Positions 1-13,754 of a stretch of 64,000 nucleotides of DNA are shown piece after piece; within the stretch, counting starts at the first letter, position 1; every line of letters begins with the position of its first letter. The stretch spans positions 1,068,436 to 1,132,435 of the forward strand of contig NW_018407065.1 in assembly GCF_002113885.1 (NCBI RefSeq), given 5' to 3'. The position numbers and the translations under genes were made by a program. The stretch comes from Mizuhopecten yessoensis (Eukaryota). The notes under the pieces were generated by a model. The model was not told where the DNA came from and did not search any database. It worked only from the letters and a program-made list of their open reading frames with translations.

Positions 1-1090
1 ATACACCTGTACATAGACACCTGCTGAATATAACTGTACATATACACCTGATGTATATCCCTGTATATAAACACCTGATGAATACACCTGTAAATAAACC
101 CCTGATGTATATACCTGTACATAAACCCCTGATGTATACACCTGCAAATAAACACCTGATTTATACACAGAAACATAAACACCTGATGTATACACACAGA
201 TACATAAACACCTGATGTATACCTTTACATAAACACCTGATGTATACACCTGTACATAAACACCTGTTGTATACCTTTACATAAACACATGAGTATACAC
301 CTGTGCATAAACACCTGATGTATATACCTGTACATAAACACCTGATGTATACACCTGTAAATAAACACCTGATTTATACACAGAAACATACACACCTGAT
401 GTAAATACCTTTACATAAACACCTGATGAATACACCTGTAAATAAACACCTGATGTATACACACAGATACATAAACACCTGATGTATACCTGTACATAAA
501 CACCTGATGTATACACCTGTACATAAACACCTGTTGTATACCTTTACATGAACACATGAGTATACACCTGTGCATAAACACCTGATGTATATACCTGTAC
601 ATAAACACCTGATGTATACACCTGTACATAAACACCTGCTGTATACCTTTACATAAACACATGAGTATACACCTGTGCATAAACACCTGATGTATATACC
701 TGTACATAAACACCTGATGTATACACCTGTAAATAAACACCTGATTTATACACAGAAACATACACACCTGATGTAAATACCTTTACATAAACACCTGATG
801 AATACACCTGTAAATAAACACCTGATGTATACACCTGTACATAAACACCTGTTGTATACCTTTACATAAACACATGAGTATACACCTGTGCATAAACACC
901 TGATGTATATACCTGTACATAAACACCTGATGTATACACCTGTAAATAAACACCTGATTTATACACAGAAACATACACACCTGATGTAAATACCTTTACA
1001 TAAACACCTGATGAATACACCTGTAAATAAACACCTGATGTATACACCTGTAAATAAACACCTGATGTATATACCTGTGCATATACAGGA
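1..1090. repeat. Minisatellite, ~27-bp monomer (ACATAAACACCTGATGTATACACCTGT) with a ~213-bp higher-order period; runs off the window start
   Basis: Tandem repetition read directly. The identical spurious ORFs 649..834 and 862..1047 are offset by 213 bp. Confidence 0.95.
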
Positions 1091-3934
1091 ATATTTGACT
1101 GTATTGATACACATGAACAGCTGATTTATTTCATATTAATAAAATTGATTAGAAAAATAAAGCAACGGAAAAATTGCTTAAAACATACAAATGGCTTCCT
1201 CTGATTTTTTTAATAAAAACAAAACAAACAAATGCATAGAGCGATATAAACATCCTAGGCCTTCTTTTCCATACCTAGCAAAATCAGAAACAGACTCCGT
1301 TTTATACTTTTGAATCGTTGCGGATGACATTTTTAGCTTGAGAACTGTTATACAATTAAGTGTGGAAACATTTCATCAATAAGCAGGAAATTTTATGTTC
1401 TTCAATTTCACAAAACTTTTAAAACCTGCAGGAAAATGTCGTTTATGAACTTGTATTACAAAATACTCGTTGAGAATTTAATCAAACCAAAACAAACTTC
1501 ATCGTCGAACCCTTGAAACTAGTCGAGCATGAAAAAGGTAAGTATTGCGGTTAGATTTGTTTAGTTCCTCAATCCAAATAACAGTAGTAAAACGATTAAT
1601 TGTGAGGAGCATTTGACATCTGAGATACACCTTTAGACCAGAGACATATACTCCAAACGGAGTTTTGTCCGACTCTTCATATGTATCACTGACAATCGTC
1701 CACCCGCTCGAGGTCTCTGGTCGGACAGGCTATCACAGTGGACACAGGCGTGATTTGTTTGCAATATGCGATGAATATGAAGAAAAAAGTAAAAAAATAA
1801 AATAAAACTTCAGTTGAAAAAATCCTTCGATTGTGATATCTATGAACACATAAACACCTAACGTTATTACCGTATACAACTCTTTTGACTGACACACATT
1901 TGGATTTGTGATTTTGAAATTAAATTAAAAAATATACTTAACATTTGAAGTTTTACATTACGTAAACAAGATAAGTGTATAAAAGTTGATGTTTACATTT
2001 CCGTGGCTGTCTGTTTTGTTATCTTATCTAGGTTAATCCCTTATTGATAACATTTAAATAGACTTTTTAAAACCCGTGATTCAATTTGCCAACCTATGGT
2101 TTCTACAGTTGTAAATCCTCAGACAGCCTCAACGACAACAACCAGTCCCCACTGCCTGGTATCCCTACCAAGACTTGTTCACGTGTCAAGATTAAACGAT
2201 TTGTATTGAATTGTGAACTGCAATTGAATCACATTATACGTTTAAATGTGTTTGGCAGGCTTAAAGAGTGCGAAGGTCGTCATTTAAATTCTGAATTTTG
2301 TCGATTCTGCAAGACGACAAACGGTCACGATCTGTTTTGAACAAAACACGATATCTAATTCATAGTCCTGCCAAGGACAGACTATAAAGGGGCCTGTTCA
2401 GCTTACGTTCACAACACTGCATTACCAATTCATTGGTTTTTACCAGGTTATACATACCAATATATTCTATTTTTTCTTTAATATTGAAACAAGATTATTC
2501 TTGACATACAGAAAAATATGGGTGTTTCTACGCGAACTTGCAACAGGACTCCCGAATTCACGTCACATATTATTGATGTTCAAAGTAAACTGAAACTATC
2601 TGCATGATCTAGGAGATCGTATAGACAGCACCTATGATCGGTGTTACACGTAATCTACTAACAAGCGTTATTCATTTTCTGAAAGCAAATTTTCATAAAA
2701 AGGTTACAGTTTCGATATTAACGTCCAAAACACCTCACTGGCACAAGGACAGTCATCAAAATAATAGTCCTTCACTCTCATAGAGTTCCTCGCTATATAC
2801 AAAACGTCTGCCACTATCACATGCTATCATATCATCAATTGCAGTAGTCGCCTACCCGCCAAACAACAGCTTTCTGCGGGTACTCTGCGAAAGCGGCTAT
2901 ATTTGCGGGTATTTTGCGCCTGGTTCGAAGTGAAGCGGTTGTTTTTGCGGGTACGCTGTGCCTGGTGCCATTGAAATCGATTTACCTCAAGACACGTAAC
3001 AACGACAAAACATACATGAAACGACGTCTTCCATGGCGCGTTTTTGCGTGTAGGATACTACAAAGTCACGTGGCTTCCGCACGTTGATCATGGAGTCCCT
3101 TATTGTTAAAGAATACATGAATCAAAAAGTACATCATTTAACCCCACTTTTGTTTATTTTGGGATTAAAGAAAGATTTTACGATCTCCAATGTCGACTTT
3201 CTGTATGTTTTTCAACAGTCAGAATATCTGACTCAAAGTTCACTTCCTGCATGTTTATTAGTAAATACAATGTATCTATTTTATCTCAGCCTGAAATTAT
3301 GGAGCCATCTTTTTATTTACACTTGAAGGAAAAAATTAATACGTGAGAGCAGTTCTGCTACACAATGTAAAATAGTTTTCATGTAAGAACATAAATCCCC
3401 CCCCACCCCTACCAAGATTATAAATTCCATATCCCTATACATTCGACAGACTCTGTTAATAATATTTTTAAATTACTTTTAAATAAACTGAAGTGAGCCC
3501 CACAAGTATAATCTTGTCCACCCTGGTATATAGTAGATTTCTACCAACTGAAAAATACAACAAAAAACAGATGACCACTTCTTGTATCTTTTATTGGCGA
3601 CGCTGTGTCCCAAGGGAGGTAACTTGTGAATTTCTACACAGCACCTACTAACGTTATCACATTAAATTACTGATAAATTGTTCATCTAAAAATAATTAAA
3701 AATCACAAGATGATGTTGAAGATACATATACGATATAAAATGTTTTGCTCAAGCTTTGCATACTGAATACAAGGTTATTTTCTGTGGCTGTATTATTTTG
3801 GTGGTACAATGAATCAATAAATTACACATGACTGTCAACATTTTAAGTAAACTTCAGTCTACACTTATGTTTCTGAAAACGGACAATTGTAAACTGTATA
3901 TTCAACACAGCACAAGCTTACAAAATAACGCTGT

Positions 3935-6435
3935 ATGCAATCAAAGTTGTATACATTGTACACAATAAAAAATGTTTACATTGTATACATCGTAGACATT
4001 GTACACAATCAAAATTGTATACATTGTACACAATCAAAGTTGCATACATTGTACACAATCAAAGTTGTATTCATTGTACACAATCAAAGCTGTATACATT
4101 GTACACAGTCAAAGTTGTATACATCGTACACAATCAAAGTCGTATACATTGTACACAATCAAAGTTGTATACAATGTACACAATCAAAGTTGTATACATT
4201 GCACACAATCAAAGTTGTATACATTGTACTCAATCAAAGTTGTATACATTGTACACAATAAAAAATGTTTACGTTGTATACATCGTAGACATTGTACACA
4301 ATCAAAATTGTATACATTGTACACAATCAAAGATGTATACATTGTACACAATCAAAGTTGCATACATTGTACACAATCAAAGTTGTATACATTGTACACA
4401 ATCAAAGTTGTATACATTGTACACATAATCAAAGTTGTAAACATTGTACACAATCAAAGTTGTATACATTGTACACAATCAAAGTTGTATACATTGTACA
4501 CAATCAAAGTTGTATACATTGTACACAATCAAAGTTGTATACATTGTACACAATCAAAGTTGTATACATTGTACACAATCAAAGTTGTATACATTGTACA
4601 CAATCAAAGTTGTATACATTGTACACAATCAAAGTTGTATACATTGTACACAATCAAAGTTGTATACATTGTACACAATCAAAGTTGTATACATTGTACA
4701 CAATCAAAGTTGTATACATTGTACACAATCAAAGTTGTATACATTGTACACAATCAAAGTTGTATACATTGTACACAATCAAAGTTGTATACATTGTACA
4801 CAATCAAAGTTGTATACATTGTACACAATCAAAGTTGTATACATTGTACACAATCAAAGTTGTATACATTGTACACAATCAAAGTTGTATACATTGTACA
4901 CAATCAAAGTTGTATACATTGTACACAATCAAAGTTGTATACATTGTACACAATCAAAGTTGTATACATTGTACACAATCAAAGTTGTATACATTGTACA
5001 CAATCAAAGTTGTATACATTGTACACAATCAAAGTTGTATACATTGTACACAATCAAAGTTGTATACATTGTACACAATCAAAGTTGTATACATTGTACA
5101 CAATCAAAGTTGTATACATTGTACACAATCAAAGTTGTATACATTGTACACAATCAAAGTTGTATACATTGTACACAATCAAAGTTGTATACATTGTACA
5201 CAATCAAAGTTGTATACATTGTACACAATCAAAGTTGTATACATTGTACACAATCAAAGTTGTATACATTGTACACAATCAAAGTTGTATACATTGTACA
5301 CAATCAAAGTTGTATACATTGTACACAATCAAAGTTGTATACATTGTACACAATCAAAGTTGTATACATTGTACACAATCAAAGTTGTATACATTGTACA
5401 CAATCAAAGTTGTATACATTGTACACAATCAAAGTTGTATACATTGTACACAATCAAAGTTGTATACATTGTACACAATCAAAGTTGTATACATTGTACA
5501 CAATCAAAGTTGTATACATTGTACACAATCAAAGTTGTATACATTGTACACAATCAAAGTTGTATACATTGTACACAATCAAAGTTGTATACATTGTACA
5601 CAATCAAAGTTGTATACATTGTACACAATCAAAGTTGTATACATTGTACACAATCAAAGTTGTATACATTGTACACAATCAAAGTTGTATACATTGTACA
5701 CAATCAAAGTTGTATACATTGTACACAATCAAAGTTGTATACATTGTACACAATCAAAGTTGTATACATTGTACACAATCAAAGTTGTATACATTGTACA
5801 CAATCAAAGTTGTATACATTGTACACAATCAAAGTTGTATACATTGTACACAATCAAAGTTGTATACATTGTACACAATCAAAGTTGTATACATTGTACA
5901 CAATCAAAGTTGTATACATTGTACACAATCAAAGTTGTATACATTGTACACAATCAAAGTTGTATACATTGTACACAATCAAAGTTGTATACATTGTACA
6001 CAATCAAAGTTGTATACATTGTACACAATCAAAGTTGTATACATTGTACACAATCAAAGTTGTATACATTGTACACAATCAAAGTTGTATACATTGTACA
6101 CAATCAAAGTTGTATACATTGTACACAATCAAAGTTGTATACATTGTACACAATCAAAGTTGTATACATTGTACACAATCAAAGTTGTATACATTGTACA
6201 CAATCAAAGTTGTATACATTGTACACAATCAAAGTTGTATACATTGTACACAATCAAAGTTGTATACATTGTACACAATCAAAGTTTTATACATTGTACA
6301 ATAAAAGTTGTATACATTGTACACAATCAAAGTTATATACATTGTACACAATCAAAGTTGTTTACATTGTACACAATCAAAGTTGTATACATTGTACACA
6401 ATCAAAGTTGTATACATTGTACACAATTAAAGTTG
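3935..6435. repeat. Highly homogeneous 25-bp tandem satellite (AAAGTTGTATACATTGTACACAATC), ~100 copies
   Basis: Apparently perfect monomers from ~4450 to ~6280 with degenerate edges. It accounts for the long ORFs in all three + frames. Confidence 0.98.
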
Positions 6436-7931
6436 TTTGTATCCATAATATAAATATGATTCTGAAAATTGAGACAGTTATAAGATTTATTTATATTTTT
6501 CAAGGGCATCACCAAAGAAAAACATCACCTCTTTAAAATACAGAGGAATGTCATTATATTGGACACTTTACATTTTGACAACCACTAAACATACTGGAAT
6601 GCATGTAAAATGTTTTATGCAGTTGTACCTCAGCTAGAAATTCGGTTTTACAGGCTGGATTGGAGCAGTAGCAGTGTTTCATTCTATCAGTATTTAGCCT
6701 TAGTGGTACAACAATGTACCTCAGTTTTAATTACAGCCAGTTCAAAACGAAGATGTTACATTCTATTACAGTACATATCTGTCTCAACACTATCCTTAAT
6801 CTACATGGCTATAGATCATACAGTAGATCACTTCCCAGATCATAGCCATCACACAAACTTCATTAGCACCAACATCAAAACCCTGACATATAATAGCTTC
6901 AAAAAAATAAAAATGAAAAAATAAGAAACTCATTCAAATTAGAAAATACATTCCTCTGGATTTGTGTCAGGAAAGTAAGCTATCCTAAACAAAAACTCCG
7001 GTCCTGTGCCTGTATTGATGAAACCATTCCCATATTCAAGCATGGATTCTACGCTCAAACCAACTTTCTTGTTATTCACTAAAATAATGTGACATTGTCA
7101 AAAAGTCAAGTGTTATCAATGTAGATGATACCCAGCTTTTTTTTTTTTTTTTTTTACAAATCCTCAACAAAATAGGATTTTTTAATAATTCTGGCAAGGA
7201 ATCTGACTGAGCATGAGAATGATGGCCCTAGATCTGTAAGATTCCATCTGTCACTAACAGAGATACAACAAAGGATCTACTGCCTCTAATAACTTTTTGT
7301 CAGGCTGACCAAGCCAATAATGATATAGTAATCTCTATTGATTCTGTTTGAACAGACATAAATGTTTCTGATCTTTCATCAGGTTGTTTCCCAAATTACA
7401 ACCACAAACTTCTCACAGAAAATTGATCAAATTTCACTTTCATATACTGGTACAATGTTTTGAAGGAAATATTTCCTCCAAACACATTATCTTTTTTATG
7501 TCTGATAATAATTTTAAATCACACACGAATGATTTACAATACATTTACAACAGCTAATGACATGTTCTGCTATCTAACAGTATGTCTTATATATAAAACA
7601 GCATATTTTGTAATTTCAGACACTGAATTAATCTATAATATTCATTCCTGTAATTAAATTCTACTTAAAGTTTGCCCTTTTTTTAAACTAAATACCTGAT
7701 GACAGTTTGCTTTTGTAATATTTTCAGGGCTCTATTTATTTTGTTTGTTGAGGATTATAAACTCAAGGGGAGATAAATCAAAAAGATTACTTCAACTTCA
7801 TGAACTCTGTTTACATCAACACATGACCTTTACTAATAATGGAGCCCAGTACAATCACCAACACAATCATATTGTCCAAGGATACAATGTTCTAAATATT
7901 CATATGTTATTCTCAGGACATTGAACTAAGG

Positions 7932-10900
7932 TCAAGCGTCTGCCTTCAGTTGTCGTTCACTCAGCATCACCTTCTCCCCTGGTTTAAACGCTGGCATTCC
8001 TAGGTAAGGACAGCTGGCACAACGGAAAGCATCTCCAAGGTAACACTGAAAAGTAAACGGCAAATCAATGTCATTAGATTCTGAAAAATGTATTTAAATT
8101 TTAAAGGATGTAAGCTGCCTTTTTGTCTCCTTCCCAAAAAGAGTTCCAAACTTAACCTGGATGATTTTATAAAGGATTACACATTTAACAGTACTCAGGA
8201 ATGCATGCTTTGATAAAACTATGGTAATCTGAATTATCTTATGAGATAAAATGAATTTTGAGAGAAATAATGTAAATCACAGGTAAAACGTGAAAGGCAT
8301 CATAAAACCTGAATTTGAACAGGAAACCGCAAGTACAATGTACAAAGTAACTAAAATTTGTGAGAAATATAACAGGAAATCACAGGTAAAATGTGTGAAG
8401 TAGTATAAAACCTGTCAGAAATCTAACAGGAAATCACAAGTAAAATGTGTGAAGTACTAAACTAGTATAAAACGTGTCAGAAACCTAACAGGAAATCACA
8501 GGTAAAAAGTGTAAAGTATTAAAGTAGTATAAAACGTGTCAGAAACCTAACAGGAAATCACAGGTAAATTGTGTAAGGTAGGATAAAACTTGTCAGAACT
8601 CTAACAGAAAATCACAAGTAAATGTGTGAAGTAGTATAAATCCTGTCAGAAATATAACAGGAAATCACAGGTAAAAAGTGTAAAGTATTAAAGTAGTATA
8701 AAACCTGTTAGAAATCTAACAGGAAATCACAGGAAAAATGTGTAAAGTACTAAAGAAGAATAAAACGTGTCAGAAATCTAACAGGAAATCATAGGTAAAC
8801 TGTGTTAAGTACTAAAGTAGTATAAAACCTGTCAGAGATCTAACAGGAAATCACAGGTCAAATGTGTGAAGTACTAAAGTAGTATAAAACCTGTCAGAAT
8901 TATAACAGGAAATCACAGGTAAATTGTGTAAGGTAGGATAAAACTTGTCAGAACTCTAACAGAAAATCGCAGGTAAATGTGTGAAGTAGTATAAATCCTG
9001 TCAGAAATATAACAGGAAATCACGGGTAAAATGTGTAAAGTATTAAAGTAGTATAAAACCTGTTAGAAATCTAACAGGAAATCACAGGAAAAATGTGTAA
9101 AGTACTAAAGTAGTATAAAACCTGTCAGAGATCTAACAGGAAATCACAGGTAAATTGTGTAAGGTAGGGTAAAACTTGTCAGAACTCTAACAGAAAATCA
9201 CAAGTAAATGTGTGAAGTAGTATAAAACGTGTCAAAAATCTAACAGGAAATCACAGGTCACATGTGTGAAGTATTAAAGTAGTATAAAACCTGTCAGAAT
9301 TATAACAGGAAATCACAGGTAAAAAGTGTAAAGTATTAAAGTAGTATAAAACGTGTCAGAAATCTAACAGAAAATCACAGGTAAATGTGTGAAGTAGTAT
9401 AAAACGTGTCAAAAATCTAACAGGAAATCACAGGTAAAATGTGTGAAGTAGTATAAAACCTGTCAGAAATATAACAGGAAATCACAGGTAAAATGTGTAA
9501 AGTATTAAAGTAGTATAAAACCTGTCAGAAATCTAACAGGAAATCATAGGTAAACTGTGTGAAGTAGTATAAAACCTGTCAGAAATCTAACAGGAAATCA
9601 CAGGTAAATTGTGTAAGGTAGGATAAAACTTGTCAGAACTCTAACAGGAAATCACAGGTAAAATGTGTAAAGGATTAAAGTAGTATAAAACCTGTCAGAA
9701 ATCTAACAGGAAATCATAGGTAAACTGTGTTAAGTACTAAAGTAGTATAAAACCTGTCAGAAATCTAACAGGAAATCACAGGTAAATTGTGTAAGGTAGG
9801 ATAAAACTTGTCAGAACTCTAACAGAAAATCACAGGTAAATGTGTGAAGTAGTATAAAACGTGTCAAAAATCTAACAGGAAATCATAGGTAAACTGTGTG
9901 AAGTAGTATAAAACCTGTCAGAAATCTAACAGGAAATCACAGGTAAAATGTGTAAGGTAGGATAAAACTTGTCAGAACTCTAACAGAAAATCACAGGTAA
10001 AATGTGTTAGGTAGGATAAAACTTGTCAGAACTCTAACAGGAAATCACAGGTAAAATGTGTAAAGTAGTATAAAACGTGTCAGAAATCTAACAGGAAATC
10101 ACAGGTAAAATGTGTTAGGTAGGATAAAACTTGTCAGAACTCTAACAGAAAATCACAGGTAAAATGTGTAAGGTAGGATATAACATGAACTCCAACAGGA
10201 AATCAAAGATAGAAAATGTAAGGAAGCAGATTTTACTATGAAGGCCATTTTGCCAGGTTTCACAATTTGATTTGGGATCATGCATCATATTAAAATGAAT
10301 CAATATATATTCACCATAGAGAATAATACATGCCTTTATCCATATCAAACCCAGTCTCAAAAAGACATGTTTTATTCTGTTTATTTCATATTAACTTATA
10401 TAATACGGATAGATCTACTATCTTATGATCTATTTTAACGAAAAAACCCATAAAAGGGGTGTGATGCGAGTTTTGCGGGCTGATACAGATTTTGGGGTGT
10501 GATACGTCGAGGGCTGATACAGATTTTGGGGTGTGATACATCGAGGGCTGATACGGGTTAGAGCAATTGTGTCGTATTGCATTTACAAAAACCACATATT
10601 TATTTGTCAGTATGTAATAAAGTGTTTTATCACTATCTTTGTTATAATATTTTGCTTTTTTATGATGTAATTCATTCATGATTTTATACCTTTTCATTAT
10701 GTACTTGCTGTTTAGGTTTTGTCTTTAGTATTCTGTGACATAGAATACACAAAGTGATATTGGTAGAAAAGTTGGGATGCAAAAGGTTATTACACTTTTC
10801 TCAATTCCTCAATATTTCTCAATTTCACCCAGAATTTACTGGAGACAAAATTTCTGATTTCCATCCTTGTTTGAATAAGTATTTACAATCAAATAATTTC

Positions 10901-13754
10901 TATACCTTGACTAAAATGGTTGGTTCCATTTTAGCTACAACAAGTAATTTATGAACTCACGCTTCCACAGGCGGAGGTGGCTGTTTTAGGTTTCGGTGCC
11001 TCGCCCGCCAGTTCCTCTGCCAGACCACAGGAGCAGTTCTTACATGCCTTCTTCTTAGCTTTTCCCCCACAGTCAGCTGGTTAAATGAAATAATGATTTA
11101 TCAGCAATACATGTACTACAAATCAAATGAAATTCACAAGAGTTAGTTGAGGAGCACCAAAACAAATATACAATGTATTGCAATTACTGAGAGTTTTTAA
11201 TTATCTTGCTAAATGAATTCTTAGGAGTAACTTTCTTTCTTTTGTGAGGTTTTGAAGTGATAACTAAAGTTGGGGATGAGGTAACTGACTCAAGCTATTT
11301 ATGAAAACTATCATCCTGCTCAGTTCAGTTAAAATAACATATGGACAATTATCATATATATTTATCCAGATCAATGGATGTAGATTTCATCTTACCTGGT
11401 TTAAACACATTGATGTATGCTCAGTTTGACATAAAGTAACAAGACTGGAAATTTCATACTTTTAGGTTAAACCTACCTACCTACACCTACAGTTGTTGAC
11501 AACATCAAACAAATGTATCTCCTTCATACAAACTTACTTAACTGCACCCACATGTACAATCTTGAGTTCAATGGTTTCATTATGAGATAATAACTCAGGT
11601 TTCCAGGAACAATTCTTGAATTTGAGTGTAAGACAGTATAGTGTAGATAATCATATTTTATATATTTATTTCCATATGTCCCTACTGTTATAAGACTGAC
11701 CATAAACTTGGACATTAAATATCTTTACCTTTCAGAGAAGCTGGGTCTGGCTTCTTCAAATCATCTGCGTCCAACAAGTCATCATCATTTACCATCTCCA
11801 TATCCTCATCCACCATGTCCATACTCGACAGTGTCCACACCTTTGCTACATTTTCATCCACTTTATGTTCAACTGTTGGGATAAATTGATTGATAACACA
11901 TGTATACGTGTTTGTAGTACAGAGGTTAAACTTAAAAAGTAGCGGTCATGTTGAGATGAAAATATATAACATTATGTCCCATTTCATAACTCAGAGTACA
12001 CACTTTTCACTGGATTACACACATTTACAAATTATGAGAGAAAATGCTCTTTCATAAGTACAGTACATGAATGTTTGGGTGAAAGCTAAGGAAATTTCTC
12101 TCTTACAGTTAATGAACTGGAGAAGTTTCACTGAGTATAATCACAGACAGAATGTGTGGAGTTCACCTCTCATCCACGTACATTAACAAGCTCATTAATA
12201 CTGTACAGGGGTATAATCCGTAGCTAGATTATCTTTCCCTTTGTCAACATTAATTGGTTTCTTTCAATTACTTCAGTTAATTACAACACATTTGGTTATT
12301 TAATGCAATCCCTATCTATACCTTTACCTTTCTTTTTTCCAAAAGAAATTTTAAGTTGTGAAGAGGAACCAACTTCATATCCAGGCTTGAAACATGTACA
12401 GTGTGTTATTGTGATGTTACTTTCAGGTAACTGTAAATTTGACTGCAGGCTCTGTTTGTCTTCATTCGTCAACTCTAAAGTCACTGGCTGAGAAACAAAA
12501 ACATTAACATATTCACAAACGTTTAAGCAAGAGAGATAAATGACAGTCATTTGAAACAACAATCAGTTAAATTTCATTTTCTATATGAAACTAGATGGCA
12601 ATCATGAGCCTGATTGCAAACACTTAATATAAAGGCTTACATATTCATCTAAACTGCAATGGTTATTGAAAGAAGATATGCATACCTACTTTTGAAGACC
12701 GAGTCTATTTGCTCTACATAAAATTACACTGTGAGAAATCTGATCTGTACAGAGTTTTGGAAATAGAAAATAAGTTGGTTGAGTTATTACTTACCTCTGA
12801 TATATTAACGAAGCCAGACAGTTTTAAGGCAGAACATAGCTTTTCAGTTGTTCGAACTTTAGAATCTGTTATTTCAGAGGAAACAGTTGGTTCAAAGATA
12901 AAAAATGTTCCTTTTGGCTTGAGGATGCGGCAGATCTCTCCCAGACTATTGGTGTCGTGTAGAGCACTGGATGGCTGTAGTAGTCCTGACACCACAACAT
13001 CAAACACAGAATCAGGGTGAGACGCTGGAACAGACAATACTTACATATATCAGATGACACTTCGTGGTGGGAAGGTGAAATTTGTGAAAAACATCATTAT
13101 GGCTACTTAGTCCATGGTACGTAATAACAGAAACAGACATTTGTTTGATGAGCTAACAAGTCTTCAATAACATTACAATTGATTCAGCTGATAAGATTTA
13201 CTTAATAATTTTTCAGAACCAAGATTGAGTCCAGATCCAAATCTATCTTCGGTATATAGTTTACTTGACTCAAATATTTAAAATATGGGGTTGAAGATTT
13301 TCCTTTATTTAATTTAAATTCAAGTTATAAAAAATTTCATTTTTTCACTTAAAGCACTAATGCTAAGGATAAGTGACCCAAAACACAAAATGCATTAGAA
13401 TGGCCATCACAAAATTTACCAGGGTAAGTGACTTTACACTATCACCAACATACTTCACGAAGACGGCTCACTCTAAGAAAATACATACGACATGAGGACA
13501 GCCTAATATAGAGAGCTCTGACTTATACTTTGTATATGTACCTAGATATTTATATAACATATACTTTACCATATCATGCTATTTGACTTACATATTGCCA
13601 ATCTTTCAATATGCTCTGGTTGTACTTTGCCAGCATCTCCTACAAGTGTATTAAGTGATTCAATAACATTTTTGAAACTTGAAGGTGGCTGGCTTCCTGA
13701 CCACAAAATCAGTACTTTCTGTCCATTTTTCACTTCAATCTTGTCCAGTGTCAT
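7932..13754 (-). CDS. CIAPIN1: Anamorsin / Fe-S cluster assembly protein DRE2 homolog, ~308 aa, 6 coding exons: 13592-13754, 12795-13024, 12328-12487, 11729-11872, 10961-11076, 7932-8045
   Basis: All introns are GT-AG with consistent phase. Translation shows an N-terminal methyltransferase-like domain ([16 protein letters not shown]), KPGYEVGSS, an acidic linker ([14 protein letters not shown]) and both Fe-S motifs ([16 protein letters not shown] and [31 protein letters not shown]). Confidence 0.96.
8270..10230. repeat. Minisatellite in the last CIAPIN1 intron, mixing ~53-bp and ~62-bp variants (AACAGGAAATCACAGGTAAAATGTGT[AAAGTATTA]AAGTAGTATAAAACCTGTCAGAAATCT)
   Basis: Roughly 30-35 tandem copies read directly; the variants differ by a 9-bp indel. 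Confidence 0.95.
10456..10557. repeat. Short GC-rich tandem repeat, ~34-bp unit (GGGCTGATACAGATTTTGGGGTGTGATACGTCGA), ~3 copies
   Basis: Direct repetition within an AT-rich intron. Confidence 0.8.

Noticed and set aside
277-1047. Repetitive minus-strand ORFs (YTSGVYV...)
   Set aside because: Products of the 27-bp minisatellite.
1400-3330. Possible gene or promoter (GCGGGTA motif x3 at ~2875-2955, CACGTG, short ORFs)
   Set aside because: No recognisable protein motif or consistent exon chain; a call cannot be supported.
3935-6536. Long ORFs of 669-845 aa in three + frames
   Set aside because: They are translations of a stop-free 25-bp satellite, with the same peptide in all frames and no gene context.
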